DNA of 64,000 bases from Chitinophagaceae bacterium (GTDB taxonomy: Bacteria; Bacteroidota; Bacteroidia; Chitinophagales; UBA10324): the NCBI GenBank assembly GCA_016704325.1, contig JADJAG010000005.1, positions 394,571 to 458,570 of the forward strand, written 5' to 3'. Of this stretch, positions 38,462-48,552 are shown in pieces. Positions within the stretch are counted from its first letter, which is position 1; every line of letters starts with the position of its first letter. Both the position numbers and the translations under genes were made by a program. The notes beneath the pieces are model-generated. The model was not told the DNA's origin, ran no database searches, and saw only the letters and a program-made list of their open reading frames with translations.

Positions 38462-39622
38462 TCAAATTTCAAGCTCGGCTATTTCCCGCCAATTTGTAAT
38501 CAACGTACCATCACTTCGCTGTTGTTGTTGCTCACCGCCATAAAGCAGAAAGGATGATTTTACATGACTTAATTTTTTCCAGTAATTGATGTTTTTCAGG
38601 AAATCAGGCTGGAATGTTTTACCTGATTTTATTTCAATAGGCATTAACTTTCCTGCGTTATCAGTAATTATATCTATTTCATGACCGGTTTTATCTCTCC
38701 AGTAAAACAGGTTAACCGGCATTCCGCTATTGGTTCTTTTTTTTAATAGTTCAGCTACCACCATTGTTTCGAACAAAGCTCCTTTCAGCGGATAGTTTTG
38801 AATCTGCTCCCAATGGTTGATTCCTAACAATGAACAAACTAAGCCAGTGTCATAGAAATATAGTTTGGGGCGCTTAACAATCGTTTTATTGAAATTTTTG
38901 TGATGAGGTTTCAAAAGAAAAATAATAAAACTGCTTTCCAGGATTCCAATCCACGACTGAACTGTTTTACCATCGGCACCCGCCTCATTCGCAAGCGCAC
39001 TCAGGTTTAATTCCTGACCAGTTCGACCTGCAAGCAGCCGGATAAATCTTTCAAAAATAATCAGATCACTCACATTTTTTATTTGACGCACATCCCTTTC
39101 AATGTATGTTCTGATGTAATCAGGCAGCCAAGCCGTTGGTGCTATTTCTTGATCATAAATAGGAGGGTAAAAACCTTTGAATAGTAGCTCCTCATCGGTT
39201 GACGGAACAAGTTTTGCTTTTTTGAGCTCATTTATTGAAAAAGGTAATAGTTGAATGTATCCAATCCTGCCGGCCAGTGTTTGGGAAATGGTTTGCTGAA
39301 GTAAGAAATTGTTGGAACCGGTGAGCACAAAAAGACCTTTTTCTTTACTTCCATCTAAAATTTCCTGCAGGTAAGAGAAGAGTTCAGGTGTTCGCTGCAC
39401 TTCATCCAAGATTGCTCCATAAGGCATACTTTTTAAAAATCCCCGTGGATCCTCTATTGCAAAGTTCCTGGTATCCGGATTCTCTAATGAGTAATAGCTT
39501 TTATCGGGAAAAGTCTTTTTTACAAGCGTCGTTTTGCCCGATTGCCTCGGCCCGATAATCGCAATTGCTTTAAAAGTCTTCGCAAGATGTTCCAGCCTTT
39601 TTTGTGCATCTCTTTTAAGCAT
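38462..39622 (-). CDS. AAA-type ATPase with DUF4143-like C-terminal domain
   Basis: 386 aa. Walker A GPRQSGKTT and Walker B-like LDEVQ. The architecture matches the AAA_14 + DUF4143 family common in Bacteroidota and archaea. Confidence 0.75.
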   Translation of the reverse strand: MLKRDAQKRLEHLAKTFKAIAIIGPRQSGKTTLVKKTFPDKSYYSLENPDTRNFAIEDPRGFLKSMPYGAILDEVQRTPELFSYLQEILDGSKEKGLFVLTGSNNFLLQQTISQTLAGRIGYIQLLPFSINELKKAKLVPSTDEELLFKGFYPPIYDQEIAPTAWLPDYIRTYIERDVRQIKNVSDLIIFERFIRLLAGRTGQELNLSALANEAGADGKTVQSWIGILESSFIIFLLKPHHKNFNKTIVKRPKLYFYDTGLVCSLLGINHWEQIQNYPLKGALFETMVVAELLKKRTNSGMPVNLFYWRDKTGHEIDIITDNAGKLMPIEIKSGKTFQPDFLKNINYWKKLSHVKSSFLLYGGEQQQQRSDGTLITNWREIAELEI

Positions 39623-40020
39623 GTTACAAAAATATGGAATAATTCGGAATCAAATTCCGTATTTATCCAGTTTGCCATAAATTCAAACTGGAAAAATCTC
39701 AAAGGAGGATGCTTCGGGCATATTTTTTATGTTCGGCAGATTACTTACTTATTCTTTAATTTTGCAAACACTTTCAAAACCTGCATCAAATCCTTCATTT
39801 TTCTTCAAAATCATTGCATTTTCCCCAAAAAGAATCTTATCTTTGCCGTTCTTTAAAAATGGAGGCGTTTACCATTGGTTATCAATCACTTCCCTCTTCA
39901 CCATTGTTTATCATTGCCATTCAATTATTTACGCCTGCTTATTTAAGGTGTAAGAAGCAATTTGCTTCGTCTCCTTGGATCGAATACCAGTAACTGCTAA
40001 CGAACAACATAAATTAACAT

Positions 40021-43000
40021 ATGCCTTTCAAGAAAGACCTCAAGATTAAGCCCAACTTTACCAGAATCACCCTCTCGCTGGCATCTCCGGATTCCATCCT
40101 GGAGCGGTCATACGGTGAGGTGCTGAAACCGGAAACAATCAACTACAGGACCTACAAGCCTGAGCGTGATGGATTGTTTTGCGAGCGTATTTTTGGCCCG
40201 GTTAAAGATTATGAATGTTATTGCGGAAAATACAAACGTATTCGATACAAAGGTATCGTCTGCGACCGTTGTGGTGTGGAAGTTACCGAGAAGAAAGTAC
40301 GCCGCGAACGCATGGGCCACATCAAACTGGTGGTGCCTGTGGTGCATATCTGGTATTTTAAATCGCTTCCGAATAAGATCGGCTACCTGCTCGGTTTGTC
40401 TTCCAAAAAGCTGGAGACCATCGTCTATTACGAACGTTATGTAGTCATTCAACCCGGTATCCGTGAGGATAAACAATATCTTGATCTGCTTACTGAAGAA
40501 GAATACCTGGAAATACTGGAGCAGCTTCCGAAAGACAATCAGCATTTGGATGACATGGATCCTAAAAAATTCGTGGCCAAAATGGGTGCTGAAGCTTGTC
40601 GTGATTTACTTGCACGCATTAACCTCAACGACCTTTCTTATCAATTACGCCATCAGGCTGCCAACGAAACATCGCAACAACGCAAAGCTGAAGCTTTGAA
40701 AAGGTTGAGTGTGGTGGAAGCCTTCCGTGAAGCAAATGAAAGAACTACGAATCGTCCGGAATGGATGATCGTACAATACCTTCCTGTGGTACCTCCTGAA
40801 TTGCGCCCCTTGGTGCCTTTAGATGGTGGCCGTTTTGCCTCTTCAGACTTGAATGATCTATATCGTCGCGTTATTATCCGCAACAACCGTTTAAAACGCC
40901 TTATTGAGATTAAAGCGCCCGACGTAATCCTCAGAAATGAGAAACGTATGTTGCAGGAAGCAGTTGACTCGCTCTTCGATAACTCCCGTAAATCAAATGC
41001 GGTAAAAGCGGAAGGCGGACGTGCTTTGAAATCTCTCAGCGATGTGTTGAAAGGTAAGCAAGGCCGTTTCCGTCAGAACCTGCTCGGTAAAAGGGTTGAT
41101 TATTCAGGCCGTTCTGTAATTGTGGTTGGACCAGATCTGAAATTGCATGAATGCGGTATTCCAAAAGATATGGCTGCTGAGTTGTTCAAGCCATTCATCA
41201 TCCGCAAACTCATTGAAAGAGGAATTGTTAAAACGGTAAAATCTGCCAAGAAACTGGTGGACCGCAAAGAACCCGTTATCTGGGATATCCTCGAAAACAT
41301 TCTCAAAGGCCATCCTGTAATGCTAAACCGTGCTCCTACACTACACCGTTTGTCCATTCAGGCTTTCCAGCCTAAACTGATTGAAGGCAAGGCCATTCAC
41401 CTGCATCCTTTGGTGTGCGGCGCTTTCAACGCTGACTTTGACGGTGACCAGATGGCAGTGCATGTACCATTAAGCAATGCAGCCATCCTGGAAGCACAGT
41501 TGCTGATGCTTTCTTCCCACAATATCCTGAACCCGCAAAATGGTTCTCCGATCACCCTTCCTTCACAGGACATGGTATTGGGTCTTTACTATACTACCAA
41601 AGGAAGGAAAAGTGATAGTGTGCTGAAGATGAAAGGAGAAGGAAAAGCTTTTTATTCTGCAGAAGAAGTAATTATAGCTTATAATGAAGGTAAGGTGGAT
41701 TTGCATTCATGGATCCGTGTAAAGGCACATGTGAGAGAGAACGAGGCCCTCGTAGAAAAGCTGATTGAAACAACAGTTGGCCGTGTGCTCTTTAACCAAT
41801 TGGTTCCTGAAGAAGCCGGTTATATCAACATGCTGTTAACAAAAAAGGCTTTGCGTGATATCATCGGAGATATCATTAAAGCAACAGACATTCCAACTAC
41901 TGCCAGGTTCCTGGATGAAATCAAAAACCTTGGTTTCAACATGGCATTTAAGGGTGGTCTTTCCTTTAACTTATCAGATCTTCTGATTCCTGATAATAAA
42001 CAGGAAATGTTGAAAGGCGCACAAGATGAAGTAGATGAAATCACGAATAACTACAACATGGGTTTCATCACCAACAACGAGCGTTACAACCAGGTAATTG
42101 ATATCTGGACCCGTGTAAACAACAGAATTTCCGAAACGCTCAACAAAGCGCTTGAGCTCGACCGCCAGGGATTCAACAGTGTATATATGATGTTGCACTC
42201 CGGCGCCCGTGGTTCTAAAGAACAGGTACGTCAGTTAGGCGGTATCCGCGGATTGATGCAGAAGCCACGTAAATCAGGCAGTTCGGGCGGAGAGTTGATC
42301 GAGAATCCGATTCTAGCCAACCTGAAAGAAGGACTGAGTGTATTGGAATACTTTATTTCTACACACGGTGCCAGGAAAGGTTTGGCCGATACAGCCTTAA
42401 AAACTGCAGATGCCGGTTACCTCACCCGTCGTTTGGTAGACGTAGCGCAGGATGTGGTGATTATGGAAGAAGATTGTGGAACGCTACGTGGTATCCCAAT
42501 ATCAGCGTTGAAGGATAATGATGAAGTGGTAGAACCATTATACGACCGCATAGTCGGCCGTGTTAGTCTTTATGATATCATCGATCCTTTGACGGATGAA
42601 TTGATTGTAAATGCCGGAGATGAAATTGATGAAGACATTGCTTCCAAGATAGAGAATACGGCAATTGAAACGGTGGAAATACGTTCGGTGCTTACCTGTG
42701 AATCACGCAAGGGCGTTTGTGTAAAATGTTATGGACGCAATCTTACTACAGGCCGCCGCACAGAGATGGGTGATTCAGTAGGTATCATTGCTGCACAATC
42801 TATCGGTGAACCCGGAACACAGTTAACACTGCGTACCTTCCACACAGGCGGTGCTGCATCAGGTATGGCTACAGAATCTGAATTGAAAGCCAAATTTGAT
42901 GGCGTAGTAAAATTTGAAGATGTAAGAACTGCAACCTTTACCAATGGCGCCGGAGATAAAGTAGTGGTAGCAATTGGGCGTGCAGGGGAAGTTCGTATTG

Positions 43001-44322
43001 AAGATCCCAAATCTGATCGGGTACTGATTTCCAATCACGTTCCTTACGGTGCATTTATTGTGGTGAAGGAAGGCGATAAGGTAACAAAAGGAAAAACGAT
43101 TTGTACCTGGGATCCTTATAATGCTGTAATTCTTTCAGAAATGAAAGGACAGATTGAATTCGAAAATATCATCGAAGGCATCACTTTCCGCGAAGAAATG
43201 GATGAACAGACCGGCCATAAAGAAAAGGTAATCATTGAAACACGTGATAAGACCAAGATTCCTACCATTAAAGTCATCGGTAAGGGTAAAGAACATAAAG
43301 CATACAATATCCCGGTAGGATCGCATATTAATGTAGAGGAAGGAGAAGATGTGGATGCCGGTATGATCCTGGTGAAGATTCCAAGAACATTGGCCAAACT
43401 TCGCGGTGATATCACCGGTGGTCTTCCGCGCGTAACTGAATTGTTTGAGGCGCGCAATCCATCCAATCCTGCTGTAGTAAGTGAGATTGATGGGGTAGTA
43501 TCCTTTGGCGCAGTGAAGCGTGGTAACCGCGAAATAATTATTGAATCAAGAGACAGCGATCAGCGTAAATACCTCGTACCACTTTCTAAACTGTTCCTTG
43601 TTGCGGAAGGTGATTATGTAAAAGCCGGTCAGCCGCTTTCAGAAGGAGCCATTACGCCTAATGACATTCTTGCTATTAAAGGTCCGAATGCAGTGCAGGA
43701 GTATATGGTAAATGAAATTCAGGAAGTTTATCGTTTGCAAGGTGTGAAGATCAACGACAAGCACATTGAAACGATCGTTCGCCAGATGATGCGCAAGGTT
43801 CATATCGAGGATCCGGGAGATACCCGCTTCCTGGAAGGAGAAGGTGCTGATAAGTTTGAGTTCCTCATTGAGAATGAAGAGATCTTTGACAAGAAGGTGG
43901 TGACAGAAGCAGGTGATTCACAAACACTGAAAGTTGGACAGATAGTTACCCTTCGCCAGATTCGTGAAGAGAACTCAATGTTGAAACGACAGGATAAGGC
44001 AGTGGTTCAATTCAGAACAGCCATGCCGGCAACATCAAGTCCGCTGTTAATGGGTATAACCAGGGCCTCTTTGGGAACTAAGAGCTGGATATCTGCTGCA
44101 TCCTTCCAGGAGACAACCAAGGTACTGAGTTCTGCATCCATCAATGCGAAAGTGGATGAGTTGAACGGTCTGAAAGAAAATGTAATCATTGGGCACCTGA
44201 TTCCTGCCGGAACGGGTATGCGCGAATATGAAAACATCGTGGTTGGTTCACAGGAAGAATATGATAAACTGGTTGCTTCGAAACGTGAGTTGATGGGCAA
44301 CCTCCCAAGCCTGGATGAGTGA
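40021..44322 (+). CDS. rpoC: DNA-directed RNA polymerase subunit beta-prime
   Basis: 1433 aa. Zinc finger [23 protein letters not shown], catalytic [14 protein letters not shown], and full-length N- and C-termini. Confidence 0.98.
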   Translation: MPFKKDLKIKPNFTRITLSLASPDSILERSYGEVLKPETINYRTYKPERDGLFCERIFGPVKDYECYCGKYKRIRYKGIVCDRCGVEVTEKKVRRERMGHIKLVVPVVHIWYFKSLPNKIGYLLGLSSKKLETIVYYERYVVIQPGIREDKQYLDLLTEEEYLEILEQLPKDNQHLDDMDPKKFVAKMGAEACRDLLARINLNDLSYQLRHQAANETSQQRKAEALKRLSVVEAFREANERTTNRPEWMIVQYLPVVPPELRPLVPLDGGRFASSDLNDLYRRVIIRNNRLKRLIEIKAPDVILRNEKRMLQEAVDSLFDNSRKSNAVKAEGGRALKSLSDVLKGKQGRFRQNLLGKRVDYSGRSVIVVGPDLKLHECGIPKDMAAELFKPFIIRKLIERGIVKTVKSAKKLVDRKEPVIWDILENILKGHPVMLNRAPTLHRLSIQAFQPKLIEGKAIHLHPLVCGAFNADFDGDQMAVHVPLSNAAILEAQLLMLSSHNILNPQNGSPITLPSQDMVLGLYYTTKGRKSDSVLKMKGEGKAFYSAEEVIIAYNEGKVDLHSWIRVKAHVRENEALVEKLIETTVGRVLFNQLVPEEAGYINMLLTKKALRDIIGDIIKATDIPTTARFLDEIKNLGFNMAFKGGLSFNLSDLLIPDNKQEMLKGAQDEVDEITNNYNMGFITNNERYNQVIDIWTRVNNRISETLNKALELDRQGFNSVYMMLHSGARGSKEQVRQLGGIRGLMQKPRKSGSSGGELIENPILANLKEGLSVLEYFISTHGARKGLADTALKTADAGYLTRRLVDVAQDVVIMEEDCGTLRGIPISALKDNDEVVEPLYDRIVGRVSLYDIIDPLTDELIVNAGDEIDEDIASKIENTAIETVEIRSVLTCESRKGVCVKCYGRNLTTGRRTEMGDSVGIIAAQSIGEPGTQLTLRTFHTGGAASGMATESELKAKFDGVVKFEDVRTATFTNGAGDKVVVAIGRAGEVRIEDPKSDRVLISNHVPYGAFIVVKEGDKVTKGKTICTWDPYNAVILSEMKGQIEFENIIEGITFREEMDEQTGHKEKVIIETRDKTKIPTIKVIGKGKEHKAYNIPVGSHINVEEGEDVDAGMILVKIPRTLAKLRGDITGGLPRVTELFEARNPSNPAVVSEIDGVVSFGAVKRGNREIIIESRDSDQRKYLVPLSKLFLVAEGDYVKAGQPLSEGAITPNDILAIKGPNAVQEYMVNEIQEVYRLQGVKINDKHIETIVRQMMRKVHIEDPGDTRFLEGEGADKFEFLIENEEIFDKKVVTEAGDSQTLKVGQIVTLRQIREENSMLKRQDKAVVQFRTAMPATSSPLLMGITRASLGTKSWISAASFQETTKVLSSASINAKVDELNGLKENVIIGHLIPAGTGMREYENIVVGSQEEYDKLVASKRELMGNLPSLDE

Positions 44323-44352
44323 TTAATCAGGAATGAAACATCAGGATAATAC

Positions 44353-44389
44353 AAACCGTCCCTTTCATCAGGGGCGGTTTTTTTATTTT
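44353..44389 (+). terminator. Rho-independent terminator immediately after rpoC
   Basis: aaaccgtccc (44353-44362) pairs with ggggcggttt (44371-44380) with one G-U pair, followed by tttttttatttt. Confidence 0.7.
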
Positions 44390-44413
44390 AACTTTGCACA
44401 AATAAAAATTGAA

Positions 44414-44734
44414 ATGGATCCTAAAGAGAAACAGATTCCCCAAAATCAGATCAACATAGAACTTAGTGAAGAAACGGCTGATGGCATTTATTCCAACCTG
44501 GCAATTATTCAACATTCCAACCAGGAGTTTGTGGTAGATTTTATCAAGGTAATGCCCGGTGTTCCAAAAGCAAAAGTGAAAGCACGCATTGTACTGACTC
44601 CTCAGCATGCAAAAAGATTTATGAGAGCGATGGCGGATAACCTTCGCAAATTTGAATCAATGTATGGCGAGATCCAGGAAGCAGAGGATATTAAGATTCC
44701 TATGAACTTCGGACCGGCAACGGCACAGGCCTGA
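44414..44734 (+). CDS. DUF3467 domain protein
   Basis: I prefer ATG 44414 (MDPKEKQIPQNQINIELSEETADGIYSNLAIIQHSNQEFVVDFI...). The upstream part of the track ORF overlaps the terminator. Confidence 0.7.
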   Translation: MDPKEKQIPQNQINIELSEETADGIYSNLAIIQHSNQEFVVDFIKVMPGVPKAKVKARIVLTPQHAKRFMRAMADNLRKFESMYGEIQEAEDIKIPMNFGPATAQA

Positions 44735-44840
44735 TTAGTATTTTACCTAATCAGTTTGAGGTACATGTGTTGATGAAAGCCTGTAGAGTACGACAAACCT
44801 TTTTGCTTGCATGGCATTGGTTGGCTTTACGCAAGCCATC

Positions 44841-44929
44841 GGGTGTAAATTGAATATTGAATATTGAGTGTTGAGTATTCAATATTGAAAAATCTAATAT
44901 TCAACACCCAATAATCAATATCCAATTTG
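44841..44929. repeat. 7-nt periodic array plus inverted copy of the 30-bp core (copy Z)
   Basis: gggtgtaa attgaat attgaat attgagt gttgagt attcaat attgaaa, then ttcaacacccaataatcaatatccaatttg (44900-44929). The latter is the reverse complement of the core at 38250-38279 with 2 mismatches. It forms a 12-bp stem: gtgttgagtatt / aatattcaacac. Confidence 0.8.
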
Positions 44930-44986
44930 TTGTACAACCAAAGTCATTGTTACCTTCCTGTTTTCCAAAACGGATTCATTTAGCCT

Positions 44987-46456
44987 ATGAAGGCAATCAT
45001 TATCGGGTCAGGAATTGCAGGCATTGCCACAGCGATTCGACTTTCCCATCAGGGTTTTGCAGTGCATGTGTATGAGTCAGCGAACGGTCCGGGCGGCAAG
45101 ATCAATGAATTTGTGCAGGATGGTTTCCGGTTTGATGCAGGTCCGTCTTTACTAACACTGCCTTCATTAATTGATGAATTATTTACGCTCTGCGGCAAGC
45201 GTCCTGAAGACTATTTCCGCTATGTGCGTCTTTCCAAAATAAACAAGTACTTCTTTGAAGATGGTACCACGCTGGAGGCATCTGCCGATGTAAATGCATT
45301 TGCCGAAGAAGTGAATAAGGTAACGGGAGAGCCATTAGTTCATGTATTAAATTATCTAAAGAAGAGTGAGTCGCTGTATCGGCTCACTGCCCCGGTTTTT
45401 CTAAAACAGTCGCTGCATCTTGCTTCCTCCTACCTAAACTGGCCGGCATGGAAAGCTTTTTTGCAATTGTATAAATTGGATGCCAGTACTTCTTTGCATA
45501 CGCGCAACGAGCATAGCTTTCAATCTGAAAAGGTCGTTCAACTTTTTGACCGGTATGCAACCTACAATGGTTCCGACCCGTTCCTGGCACCGGCTACATT
45601 AAAAGTAATCCCTCATCTCGAATTCAATACCGGTGCCTATTTTCCGGTTGGCGGAATGTACCAGGTGATACATTCTCTGTGTAAGCTTGCAACGGAAATG
45701 GGTGTGACCTTTCATTTCAATACACCGGTTGAAAAAATTCTGATACATAACAAATCAGCAGCCGGCGTGTTGGTTAACAAAAAGGAAGACACTGCTGATG
45801 TAGTAGTATCAAATGCTGATGTAAAGAATACGTATAAGAAATTGTTGCCGGATGAAAAGCAGCCAGGAAAAATCTTATCACAGGTTCCATCTACATCAGC
45901 ACTTGTTTTTTATTGGGGTATTAACAAAACCTTTCCAAACCTGGAACTCCATAATATTTTCTTTAGTGCAGACTATAAAAGGGAGTTTGATTACCTGACC
46001 AATAAAAGGCAGGTTTGCAATGATCCCACCATTTATGTAAATATCAGTTCGAAAGTACAGGCTGCTGATGCACCGGCCGGTTGTGAAAACTGGTTTACCA
46101 TGATTAATGCGCCTTATGATTCAGGGCAGGACTGGAAAAAAATTGTAAGCGAATCACGTAGTGCCATCATTGAAAAACTTTCAAGAATGCTAAATAGTAC
46201 GATTCGTCCGCATATTGTTTCTGAATCTATACTCACACCTCAGGATATTGAAAACCGAACAGCATCCTATCTGGGAGCATTATATGGCAGCAGTTCCAAT
46301 AATCGATTCGCCGCATTTCTCCGCCATAAAAATTTTTCTTCCGGTATCAGGAATCTCTATTTCTGCGGAGGCAGTGTACATCCCGGTGGTGGTATTCCGT
46401 TGTGTTTGTTGTCAGCTTCAATTGTCAGTGATCTGGTTAGAAAAAGAAAGGTTTAA
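44987..46456 (+). CDS. Phytoene desaturase-family carotenoid desaturase (CrtI/CrtD-like)
   Basis: 489 aa. FAD motif IIIGSGIAGIATAIRL, GGKINEFVQDGFRFDAGPS, and C-terminal GGSVHPGGGIP. Confidence 0.8.
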   Translation: MKAIIIGSGIAGIATAIRLSHQGFAVHVYESANGPGGKINEFVQDGFRFDAGPSLLTLPSLIDELFTLCGKRPEDYFRYVRLSKINKYFFEDGTTLEASADVNAFAEEVNKVTGEPLVHVLNYLKKSESLYRLTAPVFLKQSLHLASSYLNWPAWKAFLQLYKLDASTSLHTRNEHSFQSEKVVQLFDRYATYNGSDPFLAPATLKVIPHLEFNTGAYFPVGGMYQVIHSLCKLATEMGVTFHFNTPVEKILIHNKSAAGVLVNKKEDTADVVVSNADVKNTYKKLLPDEKQPGKILSQVPSTSALVFYWGINKTFPNLELHNIFFSADYKREFDYLTNKRQVCNDPTIYVNISSKVQAADAPAGCENWFTMINAPYDSGQDWKKIVSESRSAIIEKLSRMLNSTIRPHIVSESILTPQDIENRTASYLGALYGSSSNNRFAAFLRHKNFSSGIRNLYFCGGSVHPGGGIPLCLLSASIVSDLVRKRKV

Positions 46457-46726
46457 TTGCTATTATTATCAATCATTTTGATCAGGCAAAAGATTCATAT
46501 AATATATTGTAAATGTTTTTGTTTAATTCTATAGGATATGCATTATTAAAACATTAAACGATTGTCCCGATAGGGACAAACTTATGGTAGAAAAAAAACG
46601 GAAGTTCATCCCCGGCCCGCTAGGGTCGGACTATTAAATAGAAGTTTTTTCGAAGATTTATTCCCTGAGGTATTTGCCAATAATTCGGTTGAATATGATT
46701 ATTCGGTTAGAAGTACGCATCTATAC

Positions 46727-48334
46727 TCACTTTGATACCATCAGTTTAATAGCATCCGTCTTATCTTCAGAGACCAGCAGGAGGGTATACATTCCGGTGT
46801 TAAGATCGGCAGTTTCAATTTGTAACTGATGGGTTCCGATGGAATATTTGATTTCATTGATTGATAATACTTCTTCACCAAACATATTTATCAATTGTAC
46901 ACGAATACGTTGTACTGAATTCAAGGTAAACTGAACCCGGGTAGATGTATTGGCAGGATTTGGAATGATGCTGAATGGAGATACTGCAAATGCGCTTTCT
47001 GCTGACGTGCTGATTGACGGCGTCAGGAAAACACGGTACACCAGGTTGCTGGCATTGGTATACCCTTCATTAGGTTTGTTAGAATTGATTCCTCCATAGA
47101 TATAGCCTATCAATTGTTTACCACCAATCTGATTCAGTTTTATTACTCCGTTATCATATTGCGGAATACCGTGCGAAGGAAAGAAATCTGCATTGGCACC
47201 GGCAAGATCCGGAAACTTAACCGGCAGTATCACTTCCGTAGTAATCTCATCAGCATTCCTTGAAAGGGTGGTAATGTCGTCTATGAACGGAACCAGGGTG
47301 TCTTCAACAACCTGATTGAGGCTGTCGATAAAATCAAACAGGCTGATGCCGCCGAAAAAAGTAGTATGCATAATTTGTTTTGCAGAGTCGTAAACGGCAA
47401 TTACAGGGCAGGTATATTGACTCATTTTTTGTTCGAATGAAAGATCTGTAGTTGCTATTCCTTGTTGAATATAGATCGGATGCAGGTAAGGCAGATTCTT
47501 ATCGTATCTGAATACACCTCCATAAACACCCAGGCCTTCACTGCCGTCAGGATAAATAAGTGGAGCAACATTGAGATCGCGCCTGTGAAATTGAAGTGTG
47601 TCTATTTGTTGTGTATAATCACTGATGGTAAGATTGACGCCATCATCGTCAATCTGAAAGGAGGTGATGCTATTTGTATAGGCCTGAACAAAAGTAGAAG
47701 AAGGCAACTTTGTATAGAGCCCTGAAAAATTATGGCCGCCGGCAAGAAAAAAAGTATTCCCTGTTTTTTGAAGTCCGCCACCGGTTATTGCAAATGCAGG
47801 ATCTGAAATCTGCCGGATAAATGGACTAAGATTTTGTGCTCCGGAAACAATTTCATTGATCACTTCATCTATCTCAAGTGCTGTAAGTGTCGGGAAGGTG
47901 ATTTTAGCATCAGTAAGCGAATCATACCCATAACCACCAATAACATAAAGATATGCGCCATCCTGAAAGAACTGGGTGTTGGTTGACTTCAGCGAGGTAC
48001 GGATGGAATAGGACAGCAGTTGAAGTGGTGCCGACCAGATTTGCCAGTCATCTGTATCCACAACATAGATCATTTGATTGGCTTCTGTAGGTGCAAATGC
48101 CGAATTGGGATAGAAGCTATGAAGGCCATCAACCCTTCCGGAGACAATCAACCACTTATCGCCCGATATTGCTTTAGCAAAAGAATGTAGTCCGGGTAAA
48201 GATGGTGCGTCCACTACTTCCAGCTCAATACTAAATGGAGGCAGCGTATCTTGTTGTGCCAGCGCATCAAAACGGCCGTAAATCAATAGCAACAATATCA
48301 GGAATCTCAATGGTTTCTTTTTTGCAGCATTCAA
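46727..48334 (-). CDS. Secreted Kelch-like beta-propeller protein with T9SS C-terminal sorting domain
   Basis: 535 aa, TTG start only. Signal-like LRFLILLLLIYGRFDALAQ. Recurrent GG-containing blade motifs (VIGGYGYD, FLAGGHNF, GVYGGVFRYD, FFGGISLF, IYGGINS). Tail IIPNPANTSTRVQFTL...MYTLLLV...IKLMVSK. Confidence 0.65.
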   Translation of the reverse strand: MNAAKKKPLRFLILLLLIYGRFDALAQQDTLPPFSIELEVVDAPSLPGLHSFAKAISGDKWLIVSGRVDGLHSFYPNSAFAPTEANQMIYVVDTDDWQIWSAPLQLLSYSIRTSLKSTNTQFFQDGAYLYVIGGYGYDSLTDAKITFPTLTALEIDEVINEIVSGAQNLSPFIRQISDPAFAITGGGLQKTGNTFFLAGGHNFSGLYTKLPSSTFVQAYTNSITSFQIDDDGVNLTISDYTQQIDTLQFHRRDLNVAPLIYPDGSEGLGVYGGVFRYDKNLPYLHPIYIQQGIATTDLSFEQKMSQYTCPVIAVYDSAKQIMHTTFFGGISLFDFIDSLNQVVEDTLVPFIDDITTLSRNADEITTEVILPVKFPDLAGANADFFPSHGIPQYDNGVIKLNQIGGKQLIGYIYGGINSNKPNEGYTNASNLVYRVFLTPSISTSAESAFAVSPFSIIPNPANTSTRVQFTLNSVQRIRVQLINMFGEEVLSINEIKYSIGTHQLQIETADLNTGMYTLLLVSEDKTDAIKLMVSK

Positions 48335-48552
48335 TTTCTAAATTACTGTATAAGTTAAGCTGCCACAATAATACAATCATCGTTTCAGTTTTCTTTGTAT
48401 AAGTCTATGTGATTGAAAATGAAACACATTACACATGTGTAATGCATTGCAATGGTGAGCAGAGTCATGAATGGAATATTGAATACCATACGACAATCTC
48501 AACTTTTTTTGCTACCTTGCGGGCCAATTTCTTACACTTAAATCCTACAAAC

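Noticed and set aside
39757-39764. taattttg matching the Bacteroidota -7 promoter consensus TAnnTTTG, upstream of rpoC
   Set aside because: There is no TTTG -33 element at the expected 19-21-nt distance, and such octamers occur by chance in AT-rich DNA. Not reported as a feature without TSS data.
39542-39953. Two short plus-strand ORFs upstream of rpoC, considered as rpoB remnants
   Set aside because: Their translations are low-complexity, F/I/K-rich, and show none of the conserved RpoB C-terminal blocks. They are most likely random ORFs in AT-rich DNA.
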